This document shows positions 1-8,228 of a stretch of DNA of 64,000 nucleotides, piece by piece. The notes beneath the pieces are model-generated. The model searched no databases. It was given only the letters and a program-made list of their open reading frames with translations, and was not told the origin of the DNA. Numbering within the stretch: position 1 is the stretch's first letter; each line of letters opens with the position of its first letter. The stretch lies in contig JBBEAY010000023.1 in NCBI GenBank assembly GCA_040882605.1, positions 12,786 through 76,785 of the forward strand. The letters are read 5' to 3'. The translations under genes were made by a program, and so were the position numbers. The DNA comes from Actinomycetota bacterium. Lineage in GTDB: Bacteria > Actinomycetota > UBA4738 > HRBIN12.

Positions 1-539
1 CCGGCAAGAAACTCCGCAGGGTCGAGGCGCGCCAGCGGCATCACACGGCCAGCCACGACCAGCCAAGCCCGCTGAGCCCGATCGGCGAACACGGCGTTCA
101 CGCGCCCAAGCACGTCGCGATACGAGCGTGCCAGATCGTTCACCGGCACGATCCCCCACCCGACCTCGTTCGTGACGACGACCGTCGGCGCGGACCGAGC
201 AGCAGCGACGTCGGCCGCAGAAACGGCGAGCTCGACAACGTGGTCGGGAGCATCACCGGCGCCCAACCGGTTCGATGTCCAGAGCGTGAGGCAGTCGACG
301 ATCGCGAACGCATCGGCGGCAACGGCGCCGAGCGCCCCCGAGAGGTCGAGCGGCTCCTCGTTCACACGCCACCCGTCGGGCCGTTCGGCCCGGTGCCGCT
401 CGATGCGCGCCCGCATCTCGTCGTCGAGGGCCTCGGCCGTCACGATCACGTCGACCGTGCCCTGCCAGCCCAGCGCGAGCCCTGCGGCCAGGCGCGACTT
501 GCCACTCGCGACCGGACCGGTGAGCAGCGTGATCGTCAT
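1..539 (-). CDS. cobU: Adenosylcobinamide kinase / adenosylcobinamide-phosphate guanylyltransferase (3' end beyond window start)
   Basis: Absent from the ORF track because it runs off the window. My reverse translation from the ATG at 539-537 gives MTITLLTGPVASGKSRLAAG...VDCLTLWTSN...TNEVGWGIVPVN, with the P-loop and CobU/CobP motifs. ATGA overlap with the cobO stop. Confidence 0.8.
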   Translation of the reverse strand, partial: MTITLLTGPVASGKSRLAAGLALGWQGTVDVIVTAEALDDEMRARIERHRAERPDGWRVNEEPLDLSGALGAVAADAFAIVDCLTLWTSNRLGAGDAPDHVVELAVSAADVAAARSAPTVVVTNEVGWGIVPVNDLARSYRDVLGRVNAVFADRAQRAWLVVAGRVMPLARLDPAEFLA

Positions 540-1105
540 CAGAAGTCGATGCCCCGCTTCGCGACGATGCCCGAGTCGAAGGCATGCTTCACGTTGCGCA
601 TCTCCGTGACCGTGTCGGCGACCTCCACGAGCGCAGACGGCGCATCTCGACCGGTCGCGACGACGCTCACGCGCTCGTCGCGACCGGCGATCGCGGCCAC
701 CACTGCGCGGGTGTCGATCCAACCCCACGTCATCGGGTACGTGACCTCGTCGAGCACCACGACCTCGTGTGTGCCCCCGGCGAGCGCCGCCTCAGCGGCT
801 CTCCAAGCCTCCCGAGCAAGTTCGGCGCTCGCCTCGAGATCGTCGGAGTCCCAACTGAAGCCGTCGCCGACCGCGCGCCATTCGGCGCCGAGGCGCTGCA
901 GCATCTCCTGCTCGCCCGATCGCCAGTCGCCCGACTTCACGAACTGCACGACGAGCACGCGCCACCCGCGTGCGAGCGCCCGCAGCGCCACCCCCATCGC
1001 AGCAGTGCTTTTGCCCTTTCCATCACCGGTGTGCACGAGCACGAGCGAACGAGCGTGTCCGAGTGAGACGGTCTCCGGCGCCGCCGTGGGCGGCTCGACC
1101 GTCAC
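539..1105 (-). CDS. cobO: Cob(I)yrinic acid a,c-diamide adenosyltransferase
   Basis: 188-aa ORF. It has HTGDGKGKSTAA, VVLDEVTYP and the C-terminal KRGIDF typical of CobO/BtuR-type ATP:corrinoid adenosyltransferases. Confidence 0.85.
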   Translation of the reverse strand: MTVEPPTAAPETVSLGHARSLVLVHTGDGKGKSTAAMGVALRALARGWRVLVVQFVKSGDWRSGEQEMLQRLGAEWRAVGDGFSWDSDDLEASAELAREAWRAAEAALAGGTHEVVVLDEVTYPMTWGWIDTRAVVAAIAGRDERVSVVATGRDAPSALVEVADTVTEMRNVKHAFDSGIVAKRGIDF

Positions 1106-1152
1106 GGCTGTTCGATCCTCTCGACCACTTCAGATCGCCCGAGCTCCACCCG

Positions 1153-2025
1153 CTACTCGACTTCCTCGACGCCGATCGGGCGCTCCGCGACGGCTCCGCC
1201 GTTGCGGCGGACCGGCACCAGCACGTGCCCCGATCCGTCGACGGGAACGAGGCGCACCGAGGCGCCGAAGAACTTCCGCACGATCTGCTCCGTGAGCACC
1301 TCGCTCGGCACACCCTGGGCCACCTGATTCCCTTCGTGCAACAACAGCAGGCGATCGGCGAACTGCCCCGCGAGCGACAGGTCGTGCAGCGCCGTGACAA
1401 CCGTGACCCCCCGGTCGCGGCGGAGCCTCTCGATGAGCTCGAGCACGTCCTGCTGCCGGCCGACGTCGAGCGAGGTCGTGGGCTCGTCGAGCAGCAAGAG
1501 CGAAGGTTCCTGTGCGAGCGCTCTCGCGACGAAGACCCGCTGAGCCTCGCCGCCCGAGAGAGAAGCCACAGGCCGCGACGCGACTTCCGCGAGGTCGAGC
1601 GCCGCGAGCACCTCAGCAACGACCTCGCGATCACGCCGGCCGATCGATCCGAAGTAGCGGATGTGCGGCGTACGCCCGAGACAGACGTAGTCCGCCACCG
1701 TCGCGCCCTCAGGCACCGTCGGCTTCTGGGCTACGACGGCGATGCGCACCGCAAGCTCTCGCCGGCGCATGGATGCGGTGTTGCGCCCGTCCAGCCGCAC
1801 CCGCCCTCGGTGGGCGACGAGGCCCGCGATCGCCCGCAGCAGCGTGGACTTTCCAGCGCCGTTGGGCCCAAGCACACCGAGCCAGCCACCTGCCGGCAGC
1901 GCGAACGACACGGCGCGCACCACCTCTCTTCCCGCAAGGTCGACGCCCACATCACGCAGCTCGAGATCGACTCCCACGCCATCGAGCTCAAGTTCGAGAC
2001 TTACGTCGCGCTGCGAGAGGTTCAT
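1153..2025 (-). CDS. ABC transporter ATP-binding protein, FecE/BtuD type (corrinoid/iron-chelate importer)
   Basis: ORF 1153-2166 trimmed to the MNLSQ start, which makes an ATGA overlap with the permease stop. Walker A GPNGAGKST, signature LSGGE, Walker B LLLLDEPT. Confidence 0.85.
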   Translation of the reverse strand: MNLSQRDVSLELELDGVGVDLELRDVGVDLAGREVVRAVSFALPAGGWLGVLGPNGAGKSTLLRAIAGLVAHRGRVRLDGRNTASMRRRELAVRIAVVAQKPTVPEGATVADYVCLGRTPHIRYFGSIGRRDREVVAEVLAALDLAEVASRPVASLSGGEAQRVFVARALAQEPSLLLLDEPTTSLDVGRQQDVLELIERLRRDRGVTVVTALHDLSLAGQFADRLLLLHEGNQVAQGVPSEVLTEQIVRKFFGASVRLVPVDGSGHVLVPVRRNGGAVAERPIGVEEVE

Positions 2026-3071
2026 GCTGGCTTCCCTGAACGGCGCAGGAGCAACGCGAAGAACGGCGCGCCGATCACCGCCGTGACCACGCCGATCGGC
2101 AGCTCGCCGGGCGCGACCACCGTGCGGGCGGCCAGGTCGGCCAGCACCAGGAAGGCCGCGCCGCACAGCGCCGACAACGGCACGATCCAGCGGTTCGAGG
2201 CCCCCACGACCATGCGCACGGCGTGCGGCACGATGATTCCCACGAAGCCGATCAGCCCCGCGACCGAGACCGCGGCGGCCGTCGCGAGCGATGCGGCGAC
2301 GATCACCACCAGGCGGACCCGTGTCGGCCGCAGCCCGAGGCTCTCCGCCTCGTCGTCACCGAGCCCCAACACGTCGAGCAGCCTCCCGTGTACTAACAGC
2401 ACTGCGATGCTCACGAGGGCGTACGGCAGGATCAGCACGACGTCGTCCCATCCCGCGGTCCCGAGCCTTCCGAGGATCCACGAATACACCTCGCGCAGCG
2501 TGTCGGAGTTCTGCTGCTGCACGAACGTCTGCACCGCCGTAAGGAACGAGGCCACGGCCACACCTGCGAGCACGAGACCGGTCGTGGTGCGCCCGCCCAT
2601 CGAGCCTCCCACCGCGTAGGCGACCGCGACTCCCATGAGCGCCCCGACGAACGACGCGAGCGGCAGCAGTGGTGTGCCCGCCGCGAACGATCCGGCTGCC
2701 CCCGACACCAAGGCGAGCGTCGCACCGAGCCCGGCTCCCGCGGCGGCGCCCAGCAGGTACGGGTCGGCCAGCGGGTTGCGGAACGCACCTTGATAAGCCG
2801 CCCCCGACACCGCGAGGCAGGCGCCGACGACGCAAGCGAGCGCGACCCGGGGCGCGCGGAGCTGCCACAGGATCGTGGCCTGATGGCTGTCGAGCCCACC
2901 GTCTTGCACGAACGGGAGCCACCCGAAGAGCTCCTCGAGGACTCCGGCCACGTCGAGCTGCACGGGCCCGACGAGCAGCCCGGCGATCGCCGCGGCCGCC
3001 ACGATCGCGAGCGCGGTCATGATCACGACGACCCCCCGTCGGCGGCTCGCGCCCGCGGTGAACGAGGTCAC
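2022..3071 (-). CDS. FecCD/BtuC-family ABC permease
   Basis: Polytopic membrane protein with FecCD-like motifs (RNPLADPYLLG, GIIVPH). Start set to the GTG at 3071, which overlaps the upstream stop (GTGA). Confidence 0.85.
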   Translation of the reverse strand: MTSFTAGASRRRGVVVIMTALAIVAAAAIAGLLVGPVQLDVAGVLEELFGWLPFVQDGGLDSHQATILWQLRAPRVALACVVGACLAVSGAAYQGAFRNPLADPYLLGAAAGAGLGATLALVSGAAGSFAAGTPLLPLASFVGALMGVAVAYAVGGSMGGRTTTGLVLAGVAVASFLTAVQTFVQQQNSDTLREVYSWILGRLGTAGWDDVVLILPYALVSIAVLLVHGRLLDVLGLGDDEAESLGLRPTRVRLVVIVAASLATAAAVSVAGLIGFVGIIVPHAVRMVVGASNRWIVPLSALCGAAFLVLADLAARTVVAPGELPIGVVTAVIGAPFFALLLRRSGKPA

Positions 3072-4006
3072 GCGGCGGACCCCTGAAGACCCTCGGCCAC
3101 CGCGCGCATGAACTCCACCACGCGCGGACCCCACCGCGACGCGACATCGTCGTCGATCTCGATCACCGACCCGGCGGTCACCGCCGTCAGCTCTCCCCAC
3201 CCGGGTCGGTCGGCGACGGTGGCCGCGCTCTGGCCGCAGCACTCGCCATCGGCGAGCACGATCAGACTCGGATCGCGATCGACGATGTACTCCGACGAGA
3301 GCTGCGGATACCCCGAGCCAGCGCCCTTGGCTTCGTCAGCGATGTTCTCGACCCCGAACATCGAATAGACCTGGCCGATGAACGTGTCGGAGGTGACGCT
3401 GTAGTAGGTGTCGTCGAGCTCGTGGTAGACGGCCACACCCTCGCCGTCGGGCGCCGACGCCACGATCTCCTCGACATCGCTGCGCATCTGGGCGACCACG
3501 GCGATCGCCTTCTCAGAGTGCCCGGTGGCAGCGCCGAGCTGTTCGATCTGTGCATAGGTGTCATCGATCGTGGCGGCTGCCGGCTGCATCAGCACGGGCA
3601 CGTCGAGCTTGCCGAGCCCCTTCACGACGCCGCCGATGTCGCTCGCGAGCACCACGAGATCGGGGGCGTACGACACGATCGCCTCGACGTTCGGGTCGAA
3701 CCCCGACAGATCGGTCGTCGGCACACCCGCGGGGAAGTCGGACTGGTCGTCGACCGCTTCCACCTGGTCGCCGGCGCCGATCGCGAACAACATCTCGGTG
3801 GCCGTCGGCGACAGTGACACGATGGACGTGGGCTGCTCATCGAGCGTGATCGGGCCGCCGGGTGAGTCGATCGTGAGCGGGAACGCAGCCACGCTCGTCG
3901 CGGACGGACCCGAGTCGACGTTCGACGGGTCGTCGGACCCGCAGGCAGGAAGGCTGAACACCAGCACCCCTGCACAGAAGAAAGAAGAGAAGAACCTCTT
4001 CCTCAT
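3068..4006 (-). CDS. ABC substrate-binding lipoprotein, BtuF/FhuD-like
   Basis: ORF trimmed to MRKRFFSSFFCAGVLVFSLPACGSDD (signal peptide plus lipobox). Periplasmic-binding-protein type 2 features. First gene after the B12 riboswitch. Confidence 0.8.
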   Translation of the reverse strand: MRKRFFSSFFCAGVLVFSLPACGSDDPSNVDSGPSATSVAAFPLTIDSPGGPITLDEQPTSIVSLSPTATEMLFAIGAGDQVEAVDDQSDFPAGVPTTDLSGFDPNVEAIVSYAPDLVVLASDIGGVVKGLGKLDVPVLMQPAAATIDDTYAQIEQLGAATGHSEKAIAVVAQMRSDVEEIVASAPDGEGVAVYHELDDTYYSVTSDTFIGQVYSMFGVENIADEAKGAGSGYPQLSSEYIVDRDPSLIVLADGECCGQSAATVADRPGWGELTAVTAGSVIEIDDDVASRWGPRVVEFMRAVAEGLQGSAA

Positions 4007-4059
4007 GACACATCCTCCCTTCCGGAGGATGAGGAAAGACGCTCGGCGCGGGCGCCGAA

Positions 4060-4245
4060 CGGACCGCTCCTCATCGCGAGAACGATTCCGTCGGCACGGG
4101 TCAGGCGACCTGGCTCGTCCCCTCGAGGGGGCATCACAGCTGCGCGACAGCACCGGACTCTCACCGGACTTCGCTGATCACCGTGCCACCCGGGCAGAAC
4201 CTCCCGGGCGTGAGCACGATAACACCCCTCGTGGAACACGCGCGA
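4060..4245 (-). promoter_or_regulatory. Cobalamin (B12) riboswitch leader
   Basis: The minus strand reads ...GGUGAUCAGCGAAGUCCGGUGAGAGUCCGGUGCUGUCGCGCAGCUGUGAUG...GAGCCAGGUCGCCUGACC.... This matches the actinobacterial core GAAGCCGGUGAGAAUCCGG..CCCGC.ACUGUGA and a B12-box-like AGCCAGG..CCUG. GGCACGG/CCGUGCC form the closing helix. It lies in the 5' UTR of the importer. Confidence 0.75.
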
Positions 4246-4286
4246 GCGCCTGAGGAGGCACCCTCGGCACGGGTAGCATCTCGGCC

Positions 4287-4952
4287 ATGTCGCAGGCGCC
4301 CAGCGATCGGACCCGCGTGCACCGTCACCCCGAGCGGGCCCGATACGAGCACGCGACGATCCATGCAGTGCTTGACGAGGCGCTGCTCTGCACCGTCTCA
4401 TGGGTCGACGAGGAAGGCCGACCGCGAGCCCTTCCCACGATCCAGGCGCGCATCGGCGATACCCTCTACCTGCACGGATCGAGAGGCGCCCGTGCCTGGA
4501 AGGCGGTCGCATCCGGCGCCGAGGTCTGCGTCGTGGCCACGGTCGTCGACGAGCTCGTGTTGGCCCGGACCTCGCCCGCCCACTCCATGAACTACCGGAG
4601 CGCAGTGGTGTTCGGTCACGGCCGCGAGGTGACCGAGCCCGACGAGCTGTACGCGGCCGCGAAGGCGATAACCCACCATGTGCTGCCGGGGCGCGAACAC
4701 GACTCCGCCGAGCCCGACGACGACGACTGGCGTCAAACGCTGATCTTCGCGATGCCGATCGACGAAGCGAGCACTAAGGTCCGCACCGGCCCCCCCGTCG
4801 ACGCCCCTGAGGACCTCGAGCTCGAGGTGTGGGCGGGCACGCTGCCCCTGCGCCTCGTCGTCGGCGCACCCAACCGGTCGCCGGACCTTCGCCCTGACAT
4901 CGTCGAGCCTTCGTACTTCCCGCCCGATGGAGAGGAACTGCCACGACCGTGA
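4287..4952 (+). CDS. Pyridoxamine 5'-phosphate oxidase-like (PNPOx/flavin- or F420-binding split-barrel) family protein
   Basis: 221 aa. The N-terminal pattern R.RV.R.PERA.YE....H.ILDEAL.C.(V/L)SWV...G.P...PT..ARI.DTLY.HGS is typical of the Pyridox_ox_2-type family. Confidence 0.7.
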   Translation: MSQAPSDRTRVHRHPERARYEHATIHAVLDEALLCTVSWVDEEGRPRALPTIQARIGDTLYLHGSRGARAWKAVASGAEVCVVATVVDELVLARTSPAHSMNYRSAVVFGHGREVTEPDELYAAAKAITHHVLPGREHDSAEPDDDDWRQTLIFAMPIDEASTKVRTGPPVDAPEDLELEVWAGTLPLRLVVGAPNRSPDLRPDIVEPSYFPPDGEELPRP

Positions 4953-5614
4953 GCGCCCAGGCCCCGACCCCTCGCACACGCGTCCGCCGCCTTCCTGAGC
5001 TGGGGGTCTACGAGCGCGAGCGTGTGCACGCCATCCTCGACGAGGCCCTGTACTGCCACCTCTCGTGGGTGGGCGAGGACGGCGATCCGCGTGTGATCCC
5101 CACGATCCACGCGCGCATCGACGACACCCTCTACGTGCACGGCTCCTCGGCATCGAGCACGCTGCGAGCGATCAAGCACGGGCTTCCCGTAGCCATCGCC
5201 GTCACGATCGTCGACGGCATCAGATTCGCGCGGTCGATGTTCGAGCACTCCATGAACTACCGCACCGTGATCGTGTACGGCACCGTCGAGGAAGTCACCG
5301 ACCCCGACGAGCTCGCCCAGGTCTTCGACGTGATCACCGACCACGTCGCGCCGGGCAGAAGCGCCGATGCGAGGAGACCCAACGACGACGAGCTCCGACA
5401 GACGACCTTCGTGAAGGTGACCCTCGACGAGTGCAGCGCGAAGGTCAGCGAGGGCTTCCCCGAGGAACCCGAGGACGATCTCGCCCTCGACGTGTGGGCA
5501 GGCATCTTGCCCCTTCGAACGGTGCCCGGCGAGCCGGTCCCCGACCCCCTGCTGCGCGAAGGCGCCGAGACTCCCGGCTACGTCACCGGCTGGAAACGTC
5601 GCGGCGAAGCCTGA
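4949..5614 (+). CDS. PNPOx-like family protein, tandem paralogue
   Basis: Also 221 aa and collinear with the upstream gene at roughly 45-50% identity by eye. GTGA start/stop overlap. Confidence 0.7.
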   Translation: MSAQAPTPRTRVRRLPELGVYERERVHAILDEALYCHLSWVGEDGDPRVIPTIHARIDDTLYVHGSSASSTLRAIKHGLPVAIAVTIVDGIRFARSMFEHSMNYRTVIVYGTVEEVTDPDELAQVFDVITDHVAPGRSADARRPNDDELRQTTFVKVTLDECSAKVSEGFPEEPEDDLALDVWAGILPLRTVPGEPVPDPLLREGAETPGYVTGWKRRGEA

Positions 5615-5617
5615 GCC

Positions 5618-5980
5618 TCACTCTGCCAGCGGCGTCAGTCGCACCACGAACCTTTCCAAGGCGGCCGACGTCTCGAGCACGGTGAGCTCTCCCGTGGCGG
5701 CGACCGCGACAACCGCGATCAGCTCGTCGCCGACCGCCTGCAGATCAAGCCCGTTGCGATTCAGAAAGACGGTCGTCGTAAGCAACGAGACCTTCGCGTT
5801 GGCTCGCGCGAACGGGCGAAGCCGCAACATCACCAGCAGCAGCGCGGCGGCCTTGGGTACCAGCCCCGGATAGACGTCGGCGCCTTCCTCACGCCTCGCA
5901 GGCTCCGCGACGGCCTCCGCGAGTCGCCCGTGATCGGTGAGCGGGTCGTCGCCGAGCTCGGCCCGAGCGATGGTCACCAC
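5618..5980 (-). CDS. Doc (death-on-curing)/Fic-family toxin homologue with degenerate active-site motif
   Basis: Aligns with P1 Doc: LRPFARANAKVSLL...FLNRNG...AATGELTV versus GHIFNDANKRTAL...FLRRNG...AATGEISV. Similarity continues upstream to ~6004 (FLSADDVV), but there is no ATG/GTG/TTG between the antitoxin stop and the GTG at 5980, so the start is uncertain. Confidence 0.6.
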   Translation of the reverse strand: MVTIARAELGDDPLTDHGRLAEAVAEPARREEGADVYPGLVPKAAALLLVMLRLRPFARANAKVSLLTTTVFLNRNGLDLQAVGDELIAVVAVAATGELTVLETSAALERFVVRLTPLAE

Positions 5981-6009
5981 GTCGTCAGCGCTCAGGAAGC
6001 GGAGGGGTT

Positions 6010-6252
6010 CTACAGGTCCCCCAGACGGTCGAGGGTCTCGCGGAGCCGTTCCCGGGCGCGATCGGTGAACGCGCTCACCTCGGCAGCGCGCCCCGAGGTC
6101 TCCAGGTACCCCCTCACTGCCCTGCGAAGATGCTCCTCCTCGCCGACGCCCGTGACCGTGGCGAGCAGGCGAAGCTGCTGCGTGACTTCGTTCGAGATGC
6201 GGATCGTCCGCTGCAAGGGGGGAACACCTCCGGGTGTGTCGTGTGGTCTCAT
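6010..6252 (-). CDS. Ribbon-helix-helix (CopG/Phd-like) antitoxin candidate
   Basis: 80 aa from MRPHDTPGG. LQRTIRISNEVTQQLRLLA looks like an RHH beta-strand plus helix. It sits immediately upstream of the Doc homologue and abuts it. Confidence 0.55.
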   Translation of the reverse strand: MRPHDTPGGVPPLQRTIRISNEVTQQLRLLATVTGVGEEEHLRRAVRGYLETSGRAAEVSAFTDRARERLRETLDRLGDL

Positions 6253-6325
6253 CTTCGCGGGTGGCGACCCTCGGGTCGAGCACCAAGCGTGGCGGCGAGT
6301 TGACGAGCGGTGGGCGAACAGGTAC

Positions 6326-6344
6326 ATATATCGAACCGATATAT
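6326..6344. promoter_or_regulatory. AT-rich perfect palindrome ATATATCG-AAC-CGATATAT in a divergent promoter region
   Basis: Read directly: 8-bp arms with a 3-bp spacer. It lies between the RHH gene start (6252, minus) and the padR start (6399, plus), and is the most AT-rich spot locally. Confidence 0.4.
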
Positions 6345-6398
6345 CGCTTTACGTTATCGATCAGAGCCTACCGAACCGAAAGGGAGCGGCCCACAGAG

Positions 6399-6995
6399 AT
6401 GCTCGAGCTCGCGGTCCTCGGCCTGTTGAAGCAGCAGCCCATGCACGGCTACCAGCTCTCTCGTGAGCTCGGTGGTTCGCTGGGCGGCTTCTGGCGGGTC
6501 TCATACGGTTCCCTTTACCCGACGCTTCGGCGACTCGAACGTGACGAGCTCGTCGCGCCCGTGCCCGGGGAAAGTACTGGCGGGCGGCGCAAGACCGTCT
6601 TCGGCATCACCGCACGGGGTGAGGCAGCCTTCCTCGAGCTGCTGCAGGAGACACCGAACGACAGCTCGACCGAGGACACGAGGTTCCGGGTGCGACTCGC
6701 GTTCTTCCGGTACCTGCCGCCCGAGACGCGCATAAGGCTGCTCGAACGCCGGCTGGCGTACCTGGCCGAGCGCCTGCAGACGATCGACGACTCGCTGCGC
6801 ACCACGCACGAGGGCGACGACGACTACACGCTCTCGCTCATGGAGCACGGGCGCAGCGCCACACGGTCCGACATCGAGTGGCTCGGCGGCCTGATCCAGA
6901 ACGAGCGCACGAACACGACAACGAGAGACCTCGAACGAGGGGGGGCGAGGAGCCGTCACACGGCGGTCCTCAGCAGGAAGGAGCACACCTCATGA
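6399..6995 (+). CDS. PadR-family transcriptional regulator
   Basis: Trimmed to [24 protein letters not shown]...[13 protein letters not shown] (PadR winged helix). AGGGAG RBS upstream. ATGA overlap with ino1. Confidence 0.85.
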   Translation: MLELAVLGLLKQQPMHGYQLSRELGGSLGGFWRVSYGSLYPTLRRLERDELVAPVPGESTGGRRKTVFGITARGEAAFLELLQETPNDSSTEDTRFRVRLAFFRYLPPETRIRLLERRLAYLAERLQTIDDSLRTTHEGDDDYTLSLMEHGRSATRSDIEWLGGLIQNERTNTTTRDLERGGARSRHTAVLSRKEHTS

Positions 6996-8113
6996 GCACC
7001 GTCCGGATCGCGATCATCGGCGTGGGCAACTGCGCATCGTCGCTCGTGCAGGGCCTGACCTACTACAAGGACGCCGACCCGTCCGAGGACGTTCCAGGCC
7101 TGATGCACGTGGAGCTCGGCGGGTACCACGTGCGCGACGTCGAGGTGGTCGCCGCCTTCGACGTCGACGCGAAGAAAGTCGGCAAGGACGTCGCCGAGGC
7201 GATCTTCACCGAGCCGAACAACACGATCCGTTTCAGTGACGTGGCGCCGCTCGGCGTCGACGTCTCACGCGGCCACACCCTCGACGGCCTCGGTACCTAC
7301 TACCGCGAGATGGTGGTGGAATCGGACGAGCCCGAGGCCGACGTCGAGCAGATGTTGCGTGACACGCGCGCCGACGTGCTCGTGAGCTACCTGCCCGTGG
7401 GCTCCGAACAGGCTGACCGCTTCTACGCCCAGTGCGCGATCGACGCCGGCGTTGGATTCGTGAACGCGCTGCCGGTGTTCATCGCGAGCGACCCCACGTG
7501 GGCGAAGAAGTTCGCCGACGCAGGAGTACCGATCGTCGGTGACGACATCAAGAGTCAGGTCGGCGCGACGATCACGCACCGCGTGCTCGCGAAGCTCCTC
7601 CAGGATCGCGGCGTCTCGCTCGACCGCACCTATCAGCTCAACTTCGGTGGCAACATGGACTTCAAGAACATGCTCGAGCGCGAGCGCTTGATCTCGAAGA
7701 AGATCTCCAAGACCCAGTCGGTGCAGAGCCAGCTCGAGGTGCCGCTCGACAAGGACGACATCCACATCGGCCCGAGCGACCACGTGCCCTGGCTCGAGGA
7801 TCGCAAGTGGGCGATGATCCGACTGGAAGGCCGCAACTTCGGCGATGTGCCGCTCACGATCGAGATGAAGCTCGAGGTCTGGGACTCGCCCAACTCCGCC
7901 GGTGTGATCATCGACGCGGTGCGCTGCGCGAAGATCGCCAAGGACCGAGGCATCGGAGGACCGATCATCGGGCCGAGCGCCTACTTCATGAAGAGTCCGC
8001 CGGTGCAGTTCAGTGACGAGATGGCCCGCGAGATGGTCGAACAGTTCATCGTCGGCACCGACGAGGGCGCCAACGCCGACTGGAGCGCCTTCTTCGACGC
8101 GACCGGCGCCTGA
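6992..8113 (+). CDS. ino1: myo-Inositol-1-phosphate synthase
   Basis: [27 protein letters not shown]..., [18 protein letters not shown]. The padR-ino1 pairing is conserved in Actinobacteria. Confidence 0.9.
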   Translation: MSTVRIAIIGVGNCASSLVQGLTYYKDADPSEDVPGLMHVELGGYHVRDVEVVAAFDVDAKKVGKDVAEAIFTEPNNTIRFSDVAPLGVDVSRGHTLDGLGTYYREMVVESDEPEADVEQMLRDTRADVLVSYLPVGSEQADRFYAQCAIDAGVGFVNALPVFIASDPTWAKKFADAGVPIVGDDIKSQVGATITHRVLAKLLQDRGVSLDRTYQLNFGGNMDFKNMLERERLISKKISKTQSVQSQLEVPLDKDDIHIGPSDHVPWLEDRKWAMIRLEGRNFGDVPLTIEMKLEVWDSPNSAGVIIDAVRCAKIAKDRGIGGPIIGPSAYFMKSPPVQFSDEMAREMVEQFIVGTDEGANADWSAFFDATGA

Positions 8114-8163
8114 AGCACACGGTCCGGGGTGACTTACCCCTGGAACAACCGATGCAGGTGGAC

Positions 8164-8194
8164 GGGGCCGGATCCGTTCTTCGGACCCGGCCCC
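8164..8194. terminator. GC-rich hairpin between convergent genes (candidate bidirectional terminator)
   Basis: GGGGCCGGATCCG-TTCTT-CGGACCCGGCCCC, a 13-bp stem with one mismatch, located between the ino1 stop and the 8229 gene stop. Confidence 0.45.
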
Positions 8195-8228
8195 GACGCC
8201 GTCCGGGAGGGGCGGACGTGCGTGAGAT

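Noticed and set aside
970-2619. 549-aa plus-strand ORF
   Set aside because: It is antisense to the ABC ATPase and permease genes and has no motifs. It is a shadow ORF.
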